Below, piece by piece: positions 1-10,036 of a stretch of 23,946 nucleotides of DNA. The position numbers were made by a program, and so were the translations under genes. The stretch's first letter is position 1, and the number at the start of each line of letters is the position of its first letter. Location: IMG/VR virus record IMGVR_UViG_2562617151_000005; one strand, written 5' to 3'. The stretch is from a virus. Its lineage: Duplodnaviria; Heunggongvirae; Uroviricota; Caudoviricetes. The notes beneath the pieces are model-generated. The model worked only from the letters and a program-made list of their open reading frames with translations. It made no database searches and had not been told where the DNA came from.

Positions 1-1131
1 TCAAATGACCAGTTTTTTCCACTCCTTACCGCGTACATCGTTGTAAATATCGGTCATTTTTTGATTCGAATGGCCTAGCAAAATTTTGGTATCAACCCCC
101 TGCTCTCTGAACAATCGCTCTGATAAAGATCTCTGCTCATGGAAAGAGGGTGGGGTGCCATTAGCACGCCAGTTGTAATCCACAGAATCCCGGGCTTTTT
201 TAAATGCAACGGTTAATGTTGCTGGCTTAACCATCCCGCCGCGCTTAGCTGTCCCTTTCGCGTGATGGTGGTGCAATAGCCACGGACTAAGAACGCAATC
301 GCGGCAGGATGACACTACATCATCCAGGGTGAGATTTAATTTATCGCAACGCAGAGCCAGAGGGATGGCAATCCGGGTTCCTGTTTTTTGCTGTTCGACA
401 TGAAGATAACCATCCCGGATATCCGAAAATTGCATTTTGCAAATATCTGAAAGGCGCTGGCCTGTCATCAGTGCCAGCAGCATACCGCGCTGTAAAAAGT
501 AACCATTCTTTTCCGCTGCGTTATAAATCATCATCCACTCATCAAAAGTCAGTCGCTGTCTTGATATCCGCACCTGCGGTTTTTTTGCCGATTCTGCAGG
601 GTTAAAGCCTGGCGGGACATCGCCCGTTTGCTGAGCTTCCCGGAAAACATCGATCAGTACTTTCCTGAAAATTTGTCCCATTCTGTTATGTCCTCTGGCC
701 TTGTACTCTTCCAGTACTGATACCACATCTTTTACGGTTATGGCATCTAACGGTCTGGTGCCAAAACGTTCATCAAATACCCTGAGAGGGGCCGCTTTCT
801 GTTTCAGCGTGTTGAGTTTGATCTCGCCGTTTTCATATCTTTCCTGTTGAATTTTTCTGTAATTATTCAGAAAAATGGTAACGGTTGATGAACCGCCGGT
901 ATCACTAATAATTTTCTCCTGCAGACTGAGCATTTGTTCCATTTGCTGCCGGGCAAGACGGCTGTTCGCTTCTGCTGCAATAGTTTCTGCCAGTTTCTGG
1001 TCAATACTGCCGAGACCGTGATTTTTGCCTGTTATGGGATGCCTGTAACGCCAGTAAACTTTGTTATTTCTTTTGTCAAAATACGGAGATAATCCCGGAA
1101 CATCGGTTTTATATTTTCGCGGGCGCGCCAT
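1..1131 (-). CDS. int: Tyrosine-recombinase phage integrase (lambda Int family); complete, stop at 1-3
   Basis: 376-aa ORF in track; C-terminal half carries the R...HxxR...Y catalytic layout typical of lambda-type integrases; immediately downstream of an overlapping Xis-like gene, the usual xis-int arrangement. Confidence 0.9.
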   Translation of the reverse strand: MARPRKYKTDVPGLSPYFDKRNNKVYWRYRHPITGKNHGLGSIDQKLAETIAAEANSRLARQQMEQMLSLQEKIISDTGGSSTVTIFLNNYRKIQQERYENGEIKLNTLKQKAAPLRVFDERFGTRPLDAITVKDVVSVLEEYKARGHNRMGQIFRKVLIDVFREAQQTGDVPPGFNPAESAKKPQVRISRQRLTFDEWMMIYNAAEKNGYFLQRGMLLALMTGQRLSDICKMQFSDIRDGYLHVEQQKTGTRIAIPLALRCDKLNLTLDDVVSSCRDCVLSPWLLHHHHAKGTAKRGGMVKPATLTVAFKKARDSVDYNWRANGTPPSFHEQRSLSERLFREQGVDTKILLGHSNQKMTDIYNDVRGKEWKKLVI

Positions 1132-1357
1132 CTTCCAGTATCCTCTTCAAAGCAGGGTGATCTGTGGCGATCACCTCCGGCTTGTTTACCATTCCGACAA
1201 AGCGAGCTTGCGGATCCACTCGCCAGCGTCTTCCAACTTTTTTGGGGAGAGGAAATATCATTCCGGCTTTAGCGTATTTACTTAACGTACTCGGAGTAGG
1301 GACCGGTTCACTGAATTCCTCTTTTGCCCACTCAGTGAGCAGAATAAGTCTTGCCAT
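1109..1357 (-). CDS. xis: Excisionase (lambda Xis-like)
   Basis: 82-aa ORF; segment IFPLPKKVGRRWRV resembles lambda Xis IFPPPVKDGREYLF by eye; 3' end overlaps int start by 23 nt. Confidence 0.8.
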   Translation of the reverse strand: MARLILLTEWAKEEFSEPVPTPSTLSKYAKAGMIFPLPKKVGRRWRVDPQARFVGMVNKPEVIATDHPALKRILEDGAPAKI

Positions 1358-1421
1358 GAGCGTCGTTCGCTAATCATGGTCGCCGCCACTATAGCTGGTG
1401 GGCAACGACCGGGGTTGAACA

Positions 1422-3893
1422 TTAAAAATCAGCCTGATTTGGGATCAGTTTTTGCCAGATAGCTGAAACGTATTTTGCCTGGTAACGGGCGTCATCAAGT
1501 GCATTATGGCGCTCACCTTCGAATGGAATAGCCGTTCTGGCATCGAAGTCTATGGCTTTCCCCAGCTCAACGATTGTGCGTACATCGCGATCGTTGTAGT
1601 AACGCCACGGGCAGGGGATCCCCTGCCGTTCGTATGAACGGCGCAAAATCGTGTTGTCGAAGTTGGCTCCATTTCCCCAAACCTGAACAAAAAATTCACC
1701 GGAGTTTTCGTCGATAAATTCCCGCAATTGTAACAGTGCATCATCTAACGGGATTTCATCGGTCATAATGGCAGATTGCGCTTCGCGTGATTGCTTAAGC
1801 CACCATTTAATGGTGTCCCGATCAATGACTCCGCCAGCAGTTTCCAGATCGATAGTCTTACTAAATTCCGGTCCCATATCTCCGGTTTGCGGATCGAAAA
1901 ATATTGCACCTATTGAGATGATCGGGGCATCAGGATTTTTTCCCATGGTTTCAAGGTCGATCATTAGATGGTCACACGTCCTGCTGGTGGATGTGATTTC
2001 TTGATGACCGTTCACCTTAATTGAGTGATCTGCCGTCTCGCCAGTTTCATTATCGCTATCGTGATGCTGATTGCCGCCAGTGTTCTCCTTGTGTGGATGT
2101 TCAGCGCCTTCCATTTCCTCCGGATCATCTTCCTGAACTTCAGGCTGATACTCTTCATCGAATGTTTCCTGGTATGTTGCGTCGCCCATTACCGCGCCAC
2201 AATCAGGGCAGTTGCCGCCGCCGGTCTGACCGCAGGCGGTGCAGACTTTTTCCACTTCCTGTTGCGCCACTGATTCAGGCTGTTTCGTTTCTGGCTCGTT
2301 TTGTAACGCATTTGGGCTGTTTTGTTCCGCTTTCTGGTCGTTCTGTTCCGTTTCTTGCTGGTTCTGGTTCACAGAATCGCGGGTCTGGTTCCCCTTAACC
2401 CATTTCGGATCATTCGGGTCGCTAATCCCTTCAACAAATTCACCACGTGATACTGCAAGCAGTTCATCGGCGTCAGGCTGGCTGATATTGGCTGCCTGCA
2501 TAATTTTGTTTACTTCGTCAGCGGTAACTTTTACTGACCCTGGTTGTGCGGTCGTGTCAGATGCACCAGTATTTTGTTGTGAACCTGAGTATGTACCGTT
2601 TTTGCGGGCGAAATATTCTTCTTTCGTGATTTCAGTAGCCCCAGCAGACAGCGCCTTATCCAGACCAGAAAGTTTGTTTGCGCGACCGTATTTTTCGCCA
2701 TCCTTGTCGGTGAAGAGGAAGTAGAACGGCCCCTCACGTTCTACAGATGGTTCGACTTCCACTTTGCATTCGGTTTTTTCGTTGTCCGGAATTGCCGTTT
2801 CCACTGCATCAGTTTCTGGTACTGGCGACGAGAGAGTATCAGTTGCGCTCTGATTTGTTCCTTCATCTTCAAACACGCCCTTTGTAGTCAGGTATTCAGT
2901 AATGTATTTGTTCAGTGCCACAGGGTCTTTGTGAATGTCGATCGGACGTTCACGGACAAGGCCAAAAATAGTCTGGCGGTCGTAGCGAAGGGCATCAGGC
3001 TGTTTGCGCATTGATGCCGAGATACGCTTCCAGTCTTCGCGGTCGTTGTCGATAACTTCATTTTTTGCCCAGCGATGGATGCTGCCGTCAATGTTTCCGG
3101 CATCCACATCACCAGGCCAGAGAGCGTAGGCCAGTTCGTCATCCAGTGTTTTCCATGTCTGCTTGTATTCGCGATGAATGGCAGCAATGACCGGGTTGAT
3201 TTTTCCTGTTGAATTTTCAGTGTGCTGTTGATTGGCTCTGGCGCGGGCGAGATCAACAACAGACGTGTATTTTCCGGCTTCCTTGCGTTCACCTTCGCGA
3301 CGTTTTTTCCAGATGCGCATCTCTGCCTGAATTTCGGGCCATTTGGCACCAGGCTTACATTTATGCTTAACCCACCCGATGGCATGCAGCTTAAGCTCCG
3401 GATACATGGCGTTAACTTCTGGCATTTTCATCAACGCTTCAACGATATGTCCGTCGAATGTTGCCATGTCTTCCTGCAACAGTTCCTGCGCGCTAATAAC
3501 CATATCAACGGTGATGTTTTCACATGTGTCGAACTTAACCATGACAGCGTTCTGTACTTCAGGGGCCAGCTTGTCAAAAGTGACGTTCATCGGATCGGAT
3601 TCAGTCTCAACCGGGACAAAGGAAGCAGACGCCTCATCCCAGCGGTTTTCCTGCATATATTCAGCATCCCAGGAATCTAGGGCAGGGCGGGGTATACCGG
3701 GTTTATCCTCGCAGACAAGAAATTTATAAGCGCAGTCCTGAGCAGCCGGATAATGTTCCAGGAATTGCCAGTGAAATTTTGCGCGGGCGCGACGTTCATC
3801 ACCGGCTTCAATGGCAGTGGCTACAGCGACTGCACCTTCTTCCTTTATTGCCTGTTCGTCCGGAATGGCGGCGCAAATAAAGACTTTACTCAT
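1422..3893 (-). CDS. Large early-left-operon protein with C-terminal DEDDh (DnaQ-like) 3'-5' exonuclease domain and central Cys4 zinc ribbon
   Basis: 823-aa ORF; C-terminal region shows Exo I (MIDLETMG), Exo II (VWGNGANFD) and Exo III (HNALDDARY) motifs; central CTACGQTGGGNCPDCG; acidic and Q/E-rich low-complexity linker. Confidence 0.8.
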   Translation of the reverse strand: MSKVFICAAIPDEQAIKEEGAVAVATAIEAGDERRARAKFHWQFLEHYPAAQDCAYKFLVCEDKPGIPRPALDSWDAEYMQENRWDEASASFVPVETESDPMNVTFDKLAPEVQNAVMVKFDTCENITVDMVISAQELLQEDMATFDGHIVEALMKMPEVNAMYPELKLHAIGWVKHKCKPGAKWPEIQAEMRIWKKRREGERKEAGKYTSVVDLARARANQQHTENSTGKINPVIAAIHREYKQTWKTLDDELAYALWPGDVDAGNIDGSIHRWAKNEVIDNDREDWKRISASMRKQPDALRYDRQTIFGLVRERPIDIHKDPVALNKYITEYLTTKGVFEDEGTNQSATDTLSSPVPETDAVETAIPDNEKTECKVEVEPSVEREGPFYFLFTDKDGEKYGRANKLSGLDKALSAGATEITKEEYFARKNGTYSGSQQNTGASDTTAQPGSVKVTADEVNKIMQAANISQPDADELLAVSRGEFVEGISDPNDPKWVKGNQTRDSVNQNQQETEQNDQKAEQNSPNALQNEPETKQPESVAQQEVEKVCTACGQTGGGNCPDCGAVMGDATYQETFDEEYQPEVQEDDPEEMEGAEHPHKENTGGNQHHDSDNETGETADHSIKVNGHQEITSTSRTCDHLMIDLETMGKNPDAPIISIGAIFFDPQTGDMGPEFSKTIDLETAGGVIDRDTIKWWLKQSREAQSAIMTDEIPLDDALLQLREFIDENSGEFFVQVWGNGANFDNTILRRSYERQGIPCPWRYYNDRDVRTIVELGKAIDFDARTAIPFEGERHNALDDARYQAKYVSAIWQKLIPNQADF

Positions 3894-3985
3894 TTTGTTT
3901 TACCTCATTACAGATTTAAGGGTGAACAAATCCCTGCCATTGCTGGCATATAAGAATGAAACCGGATATTTATTACGGAACTGTT

Positions 3986-4177
3986 TTAAAGACCTGCCGG
4001 GATTTCGTTATTATCCTGGTGAATAACTTTATCGACCGGGTAACAGTTACCGGGAATTTTCTGTTCGGTTGCTGCAGTCACACACTCCTGCATTGTCCTG
4101 TGAACACTGACTGCAATATCAACTGGCTCTCCGGAAACAAGAAAAACTGTCAGAACAAGTGCAAATGCTGTATTCAT
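3986..4177 (-). CDS. ydfD: YdfD-like small protein with hydrophobic N-terminus (Qin-prophage ydfD homologue)
   Basis: Internal Met of the 81-aa track ORF gives 63 aa MNTAFALVLTVFLVSGEP...; ATG (4177-4175) overlaps the dicB stop (4176-4174) in an ATGA arrangement, i.e. translational coupling. Confidence 0.75.
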   Translation of the reverse strand: MNTAFALVLTVFLVSGEPVDIAVSVHRTMQECVTAATEQKIPGNCYPVDKVIHQDNNEIPAGL

Positions 4178-4362
4178 TGTGCACATCCTTTTTGTATCGG
4201 ACGTAAACGGGCCAGCATTGAAAGAATGCATATTTTATTTAATAACTCCCGTTCGTGTTTTCTCTTGTTAATGGCATCTTCAGTAAATACAGGGTTACTG
4301 ATAGTGACACCAATTTCAAAACAACCTTCAGACGTATTAACGTTTGGTAATAACGTTTCCAT
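4174..4362 (-). CDS. dicB: Cell-division inhibitor DicB
   Basis: 62 aa from internal Met of the 97-aa track ORF: METLLPNVNTSEGCFEIGVTISNPVFTEDAINKRK..., near-identical to K-12 DicB as I recall it; lies immediately downstream of dicF as in Qin. Confidence 0.85.
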   Translation of the reverse strand: METLLPNVNTSEGCFEIGVTISNPVFTEDAINKRKHERELLNKICILSMLARLRPIQKGCAQ

Positions 4363-4531
4363 TATCGCGTCCTCAACAATGAATTTTGTGATGCGGTGCC
4401 TGGTGCCTCCAGGTGACGTTAACCAGTTAACAATTAACGCCGGATACAGAGAATCCACCCATAACACTGTTTTTGGTTTTAACTGTTCCGCGTGCGCTGA
4501 GCCGCATTCACCGCATCACAAAATTCACTTT

Positions 4532-4589
4532 AAAAAGGGCGGCAGAGCAGTCACGGAGTAAAACTGATACCGCCAAACGTCACCAGAAA
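4532..4589 (-). ncRNA. dicF: DicF small RNA (ftsZ-targeting) with intrinsic terminator
   Basis: Minus-strand sequence TTTCTGGTGACGTTTGGCGGTATCAGTTTTACTCCGTGACTGCTCTGCCGCCCTTTTT matches my recollection of DicF; GC stem plus U-run at the 3' end; directly upstream of dicB. Confidence 0.8.
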
Positions 4590-4920
4590 ATTGATAACAG
4601 AGGGCGTTGCAGCGGGGTTGTCGCTTAAGCGTATGGTCAACCTGACAACCCGGTGTCCTCAACGGGGAAGGAATAACCCCGCCATACTTACCGCCGCGCC
4701 ATTTCGCGGAGTGCCACAACCGGAAGCGCACGGTCGAACTAAATTTAACGACACCGTACAGAGAGACCAATTTCGCCGTGCGCTTTCGCGTTATGCCCTG
4801 ACTTTTCAGGGACATATCCTTTCAGTAAACTGTCAGTGCCGGATGTTCACCCGTGTCCGGCGCACGCACTCCACCTGACCCGTGGAGAACTCCTTAATTA
4901 CCAACCCTCAGGAGGGTGAA

Positions 4921-5199
4921 ATGGATAAAAAGCAAATTGAGGCCCTGCAATCTATTATTGAAAAACAAGATGAAGCTATCAGGATTCTTTCATATCGCAC
5001 TGATATGATACTAAATATGCTTTCTGCATTAACGGCTGCGCTTGGTGGTACAAAAACAAACGTATACCGCGAAGTTGTTATTCAACAGATAGATAAATTT
5101 GAAAAAACCATACCAGGTATTAATGCTCATCTTGCAGAACAAGAGAAAGACCATGCTCTTATGGCAATTTCTTCAGTAGCTCTCCCGAAAGTTGAGTAG
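4921..5199 (+). CDS. Hypothetical small coiled-coil protein (92 aa), on the strand opposite the early-left operon
   Basis: Strong SD AGGAGG 7 nt upstream of ATG at 4921; AT-rich codon usage; heptad-like charged sequence; 3' end overlaps the convergent ORF 5159-5572. Confidence 0.45.
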   Translation: MDKKQIEALQSIIEKQDEAIRILSYRTDMILNMLSALTAALGGTKTNVYREVVIQQIDKFEKTIPGINAHLAEQEKDHALMAISSVALPKVE

Positions 5200-5572
5200 T
5201 TTTAATTGTTGTTTTGAAATAATCACTGCTTTCACATTTGAGTGATTTCATGGCAATCCAAATGCGGGCCTCTGTGCCTGCATTTGGTTCCAGTTGCTGT
5301 AGACGTTTTGCGTCTTCCAAAAGTAAGGCGATAATGTGTTTCAGCTTCTCATCATTTGCTTGATTCTTGTTTTCAGGCGAATTCTGTCCGCCGAATAGGC
5401 GCTTCTCTTCATACAGACCTATAAAGGCACGACGCACGTTACCGGATATAGTATCGATGGTTTCTTTTTCTACGGTACTCAGGTCAAGAGTCGCCAGTTG
5501 AGAGCGAACCACATTCGATGCCATTTCCAGGAATGGTACTGGTAAATCTTTAAATTCCATCGTCAACCTCAT
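5159..5572 (-). CDS. Hypothetical early-left-operon protein (137 aa; alternative start at 5560 gives MEFKDL...)
   Basis: ORF start overlaps the stop of the upstream ydfA-like gene by 1 nt (TGATG); no family recognised. Confidence 0.5.
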   Translation of the reverse strand: MRLTMEFKDLPVPFLEMASNVVRSQLATLDLSTVEKETIDTISGNVRRAFIGLYEEKRLFGGQNSPENKNQANDEKLKHIIALLLEDAKRLQQLEPNAGTEARIWIAMKSLKCESSDYFKTTIKTTQLSGELLKKLP

Positions 5573-5724
5573 CAGTCAGTGTTTCTGGTTAACCAGCGAC
5601 GCGCGCCAGCTTCAGTTTTAAACGTTTTGCTTCTGGTATACGTCATCGCGGTAAACGTGCCGTCCTGGTTGGGGAACACGCCACATACCAGAGATTCGTT
5701 GTTGCCAAGATTGAGCATATCCAT
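5572..5724 (-). CDS. ydfA: YdfA-like small protein (50 aa), first gene of the leftward operon
   Basis: Internal Met of the 77-aa track ORF gives MDMLNLGNNESLVCGVFPNQDGTFTAMTYT..., resembling K-12 YdfA from memory; sits just downstream (leftward) of OL-like palindromes. Confidence 0.65.
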   Translation of the reverse strand: MDMLNLGNNESLVCGVFPNQDGTFTAMTYTRSKTFKTEAGARRWLTRNTD

Positions 5725-5909
5725 GTTGACCTCATTTCCCCTTAACGCCGGGGTAGCGGAACAAAAACCTGCTGCATAGTTATTAAAGTTGAACCCTGCC
5801 GTCATGTTCTTACGCCTCGGGCTGGCTACTTAACCCCTGACCACTGCCTGGTAACTCGAAGTATTGCCCTGCATTCTGTGGGGCGGGGTGGGTTGGTATG
5901 AAAAGAAGG

Positions 5910-5947
5910 ATACCCATAGGTATTTAAAAAGTAAATACCCATGGGTA
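5910..5947. promoter_or_regulatory. OL-like operator pair: ATACCCATAGGTAT (5910-5923) and perfect palindrome TACCCATGGGTA (5936-5947)
   Basis: Two related palindromes about 25 bp apart in the gap between the repressor 3' end and the leftward operon. Confidence 0.5.
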
Positions 5948-5989
5948 AATTTTTGCGGTGTCTTAACTGGTGACTAGTTGTTTGGTGAG

Positions 5990-6409
5990 CTATGATGCGT
6001 TTTGTGCTTTCTTTTTACGGATTTCTTCGTAGATCATATTGTAATACTGTTTTTTCTCTTCAAGAGTTTTTAATAATTTATCCGCTTCACTTTCTGGCAG
6101 TTCGTCTAAGAGATCTAAAAAAATACGTTGTCGTGGCGTTAGAACCCTTGTTTCATAACTGGAGGCTGTGTTCGTTGATGATGAAACGATACCATCCATC
6201 CATCCCCGGGGTAACCCAAAGGACTCTTCGATAATCTCCACCATATCATCAGCGATCCGTTTTTTTCCCTTTTTCCCCTCTGGGTACAACATTCTTGATA
6301 CATAAGAAGGCTCGCGCCCGATCTTTCTGGCCACGTTAACCGCTTTACCATCGCATTTCTCATCACGAATTTTGATGAGTTGCTGTCGTCTAAATTCATA
6401 TTTGTCCAT
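5990..6409 (-). CDS. Prophage immunity repressor candidate (HTH, CI-position, no S24 peptidase domain recognised)
   Basis: 139 aa; HTH-like GKAVNVARKIGREPSYVSRML; divergent from the Cro-like gene; no SD upstream of the ATG, consistent with a leaderless PRM-type transcript as in lambda cI. Confidence 0.7.
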   Translation of the reverse strand: MDKYEFRRQQLIKIRDEKCDGKAVNVARKIGREPSYVSRMLYPEGKKGKKRIADDMVEIIEESFGLPRGWMDGIVSSSTNTASSYETRVLTPRQRIFLDLLDELPESEADKLLKTLEEKKQYYNMIYEEIRKKKAQNAS

Positions 6410-6446
6410 AGGTAAATAATAGATGCGATTACCGCAAGGTAAACAA

Positions 6447-6485
6447 CCTGTGGGTATTGACTTTTGTTTACCTGTGGGTATTCTT
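6447..6485. promoter_or_regulatory. OR/PR-like region: direct repeats CCTGTGGGTATT (6447-6458, 6471-6482) with TTGACT -35 (6457-6462) and TATTCT -10 (6479-6484)
   Basis: Repeats share the TGGGTA half-site with the OL palindromes; also inverted repeat GGTAAACAA/TTGTTTACC; located between divergent repressor and cro-like starts; SD AAGGAG before ATG 6510. Confidence 0.5.
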
Positions 6486-6509
6486 TGCTGTGTTTACTAA
6501 GGAGTAGCT

Positions 6510-6791
6510 ATGGAAGAATTAAGAATATTTCTCAATTCTCTTTCGTCAGATGAACAGCGTATGTTTGCATGCGAGTGTGGTACCAGCATCGGTTATCTAA
6601 GAAAGGCATTGAGTAAAGGTCAAGTGTTAGGGGCATCGTTATGTGTCCTTATTGAGCGAGCCAGTAATGGTGAAGTTACACGTCAGCAACTAAGGCCTTT
6701 TGATTGGATGAATATTTGGCCCGAGCTGGAAGATACCAAAACGTTAACACAACCACTTTCTAGGAGCTTGATTCATGAAAATCAAGCATGA
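6510..6791 (+). CDS. Cro-like HTH regulator (YdaS-like)
   Basis: 93 aa; position and orientation of cro; segment ERASNGEVTRQQLRP resembles the YdaS family as I recall it. Confidence 0.65.
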   Translation: MEELRIFLNSLSSDEQRMFACECGTSIGYLRKALSKGQVLGASLCVLIERASNGEVTRQQLRPFDWMNIWPELEDTKTLTQPLSRSLIHENQA

Positions 6792-7200
6792 ACACATCCG
6801 CATGGCGATGAATGTCTGGGCGCATCCGGACGGCGAAAAAGTGCCGGCTGCGAAAATTACCAAAGCGTATTTCGAGCTGGGAATGACGTTCCCGGAACTG
6901 TATGACGACAGCCATCCGGAAGCCCTGGCCCGTAATACCCAGAAAATTTTCCGTTGGCTGGATAAAGACACCCCTGATGCTGTTGAAAAAATGCAGGCTC
7001 TGTTACCGGCGATCGAAAAGGCGATGCCGCCTTTGCTGGTGGCCCGTATGCGCAGCCACAGTTCTGAATATTACCGTGAGATCGTCGAACGGAGGGATCG
7101 GCTGGTGAAGGATGTCGATGATTTTGTTGCGTCAGCGGTTGTTTTGTATGACCAGATGAATCGCGGCGGCCCGGCAGGGAATGCTGTGGTGATGCACTAA
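6775..7200 (+). CDS. YdaT-like protein (CII-position regulator)
   Basis: 141 aa beginning MKIKHEHI, which I recall as the YdaT N-terminus; overlaps the cro-like gene by 17 nt. Confidence 0.6.
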   Translation: MKIKHEHIRMAMNVWAHPDGEKVPAAKITKAYFELGMTFPELYDDSHPEALARNTQKIFRWLDKDTPDAVEKMQALLPAIEKAMPPLLVARMRSHSSEYYREIVERRDRLVKDVDDFVASAVVLYDQMNRGGPAGNAVVMH

Positions 7201-7207
7201 AAGCACG

Positions 7208-8182
7208 GTGTTCGGGGGTTTTATGAGCAGCAAGCTTCATGGTCTTGTCTGGGAAGGGTGCGCCTTCACCGGCATGATCTTATCCAGGGTGGCGGTTATG
7301 GCCCGTCTTGCAGACTACAGCAATGACGAGGGCGTGTCATGGCCTGCCATTGAAACTATCCGGCGTCAGATCGGTGCAAGAAGTGAATCCACAGTGAAAT
7401 CGGCTATTGCAGAACTGGCGAAAGAGGGCTGGCTGACGAAGGAAGAGCGTAAGGTCGGTGGGCGTAATGTAAGCAATATCTATCGGCTTAATGTGGAAAA
7501 ACTCGAAGCAGCTGCGGCGGCGCGTGAGTCATATAAACCGAAAAGAAAAATTAGCCCGGCAAAAAATGACCCGTTAACAGTTGACCCGTCAAATATTGCC
7601 CCCTCAACGGTTGACCCGTCAAATTTTGATGGATCAACTGTTGATAAAAAACTGCCGATTAGGGGGCCGATGATTGACCCCGATCCGTCAGTATTAAAAC
7701 CTGATCCGTCAGATAAAAGATCTTCTTGTCCGGACGCTTCGCAACCGGACCCGCAGACGGCTGAACAGGATTTTTTAACCCGACACCCTGACGCGGTTGT
7801 GTTCAGTGCGAAAAAACGCCAGTGGGGAAGTCAGGAAGATTTGGTGTGCGCACAGTGGATCTGGGGACGAATCGTGAGTCTTTACGAGCAGGCGGCCAGC
7901 TATGATGGCGAGATCACTAGACCGAAAGAACCCAACTGGACAGCATGGGCCAATGACGTTCGCACAATGCGGATGCTGGATGGCAGAACTCACAGACAAA
8001 TTTGTGAAATGTTTGGGCGTCTCCAGCGGGATTCGTTCTGGGTAAAAAACATCATGAGTCCGGCAAAACTCCGGGAAAAATGGGATGAACTGGTTATCCG
8101 CCTGGGGCGTTCGCCTGCGCAGCGTTGCGTGAATCACATTTCTGAACCGGACACTGAAATTCCGCCGGGCTTCAGGGGGTAA
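7208..8182 (+). CDS. Replication initiation protein (lambda O-like; N-terminal winged-helix, internal iteron-encoded repeat)
   Basis: 324 aa; N-terminal HTH-like region; peptide repeat TVDPSN encoded by DNA iterons; position after cro/cII-like genes. Confidence 0.7.
   Translation: MFGGFMSSKLHGLVWEGCAFTGMILSRVAVMARLADYSNDEGVSWPAIETIRRQIGARSESTVKSAIAELAKEGWLTKEERKVGGRNVSNIYRLNVEKLEAAAAARESYKPKRKISPAKNDPLTVDPSNIAPSTVDPSNFDGSTVDKKLPIRGPMIDPDPSVLKPDPSDKRSSCPDASQPDPQTAEQDFLTRHPDAVVFSAKKRQWGSQEDLVCAQWIWGRIVSLYEQAASYDGEITRPKEPNWTAWANDVRTMRMLDGRTHRQICEMFGRLQRDSFWVKNIMSPAKLREKWDELVIRLGRSPAQRCVNHISEPDTEIPPGFRG
7567..7714. repeat. Iteron cluster, candidate replication origin inside the O-like gene
   Basis: TGACCCGTCAAAT perfect at 7582-7594 and 7612-7624 (30-bp spacing), degenerate copies at 7567-7579, 7675-7691 and 7702-7714, with an A-rich stretch between; analogous to lambda ori inside O. 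Confidence 0.55.
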
Positions 8183-8326
8183 GTGTTAATTTCTGGTCAT
8201 GAGGTAATTTTCAGGAGGGCTTGTGGCAAAAGTTTTTACACAAGAAGAGCGGGAAAAAATTAAAGGGCAGGTTGTTGAACTCGTACGCCAGAGTGGGCGC
8301 GAGACGTTACGACAACTGGAAACTAA

Positions 8327-9522
<1,196 letters not shown>

Positions 9523-10036
9523 CTAATACTGGGGCAACAAGATATCTGATGAGCGTTCTGGCCAGAGAGCTGGTTGCCAGTGGCGATGTATACAACTCTG
9601 GTTACGGGTTATTCCCGTCTGAACAGGCGCGTAAGGACTGGCAAAATGCCCGTAAAAAGCTCTCAAGGGCAAAGCTGAAGAAACCATCTGCGGTTGATCC
9701 GGACCTTATCTGGTCATTACCTGACGGAGAAATACGTCGCTACGACAGGCGTCAGAACATAATCTGTCGCGAGTGCCGGAAGAGTGAAGTTATGCAGCGC
9801 ATATTGTCGTTTTATCAGGGTGATGTTCGGTATTTATTGAAGTGACGAGATTAAAGTGCATTAGTTCAGATGCAAATTGACATTTTGTGGCACAGGGTAG
9901 AGCTAGCGTGGTTGTCCGCTTTGTGCCAATAGCGGACATTGCTGGCTCATGGTATGTTAGTTTAAGGAGGCAGGTTATGCCCTGTATTTCGCTGTGGTAT
10001 AATAGTTGCGCAATTGATACAAGGGAGCGTTACATC

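Noticed and set aside
1768-3729. Several plus-strand ORFs of 78-161 aa
   Set aside because: All lie antisense within the 823-aa exonuclease gene, with low-complexity translations typical of shadow ORFs
3956-4561. 201-aa plus-strand ORF
   Set aside because: Antisense to ydfD, dicB and dicF, all of which have strong independent support; no RBS
4525-4815. 96-aa minus-strand ORF upstream of dicB
   Set aside because: Its 3' portion reads straight through the dicF sRNA and terminator; a ydfC-like gene may exist in the 5' part, but I cannot define it and the ORF as listed is not credible
9887-10036. N-terminal 50 codons of the 370-aa track ORF
   Set aside because: Region contains a TTGACA promoter-like element and no RBS at 9887; the GTG at 10037 with AGGGA upstream is a better start, so the extension is likely non-coding leader
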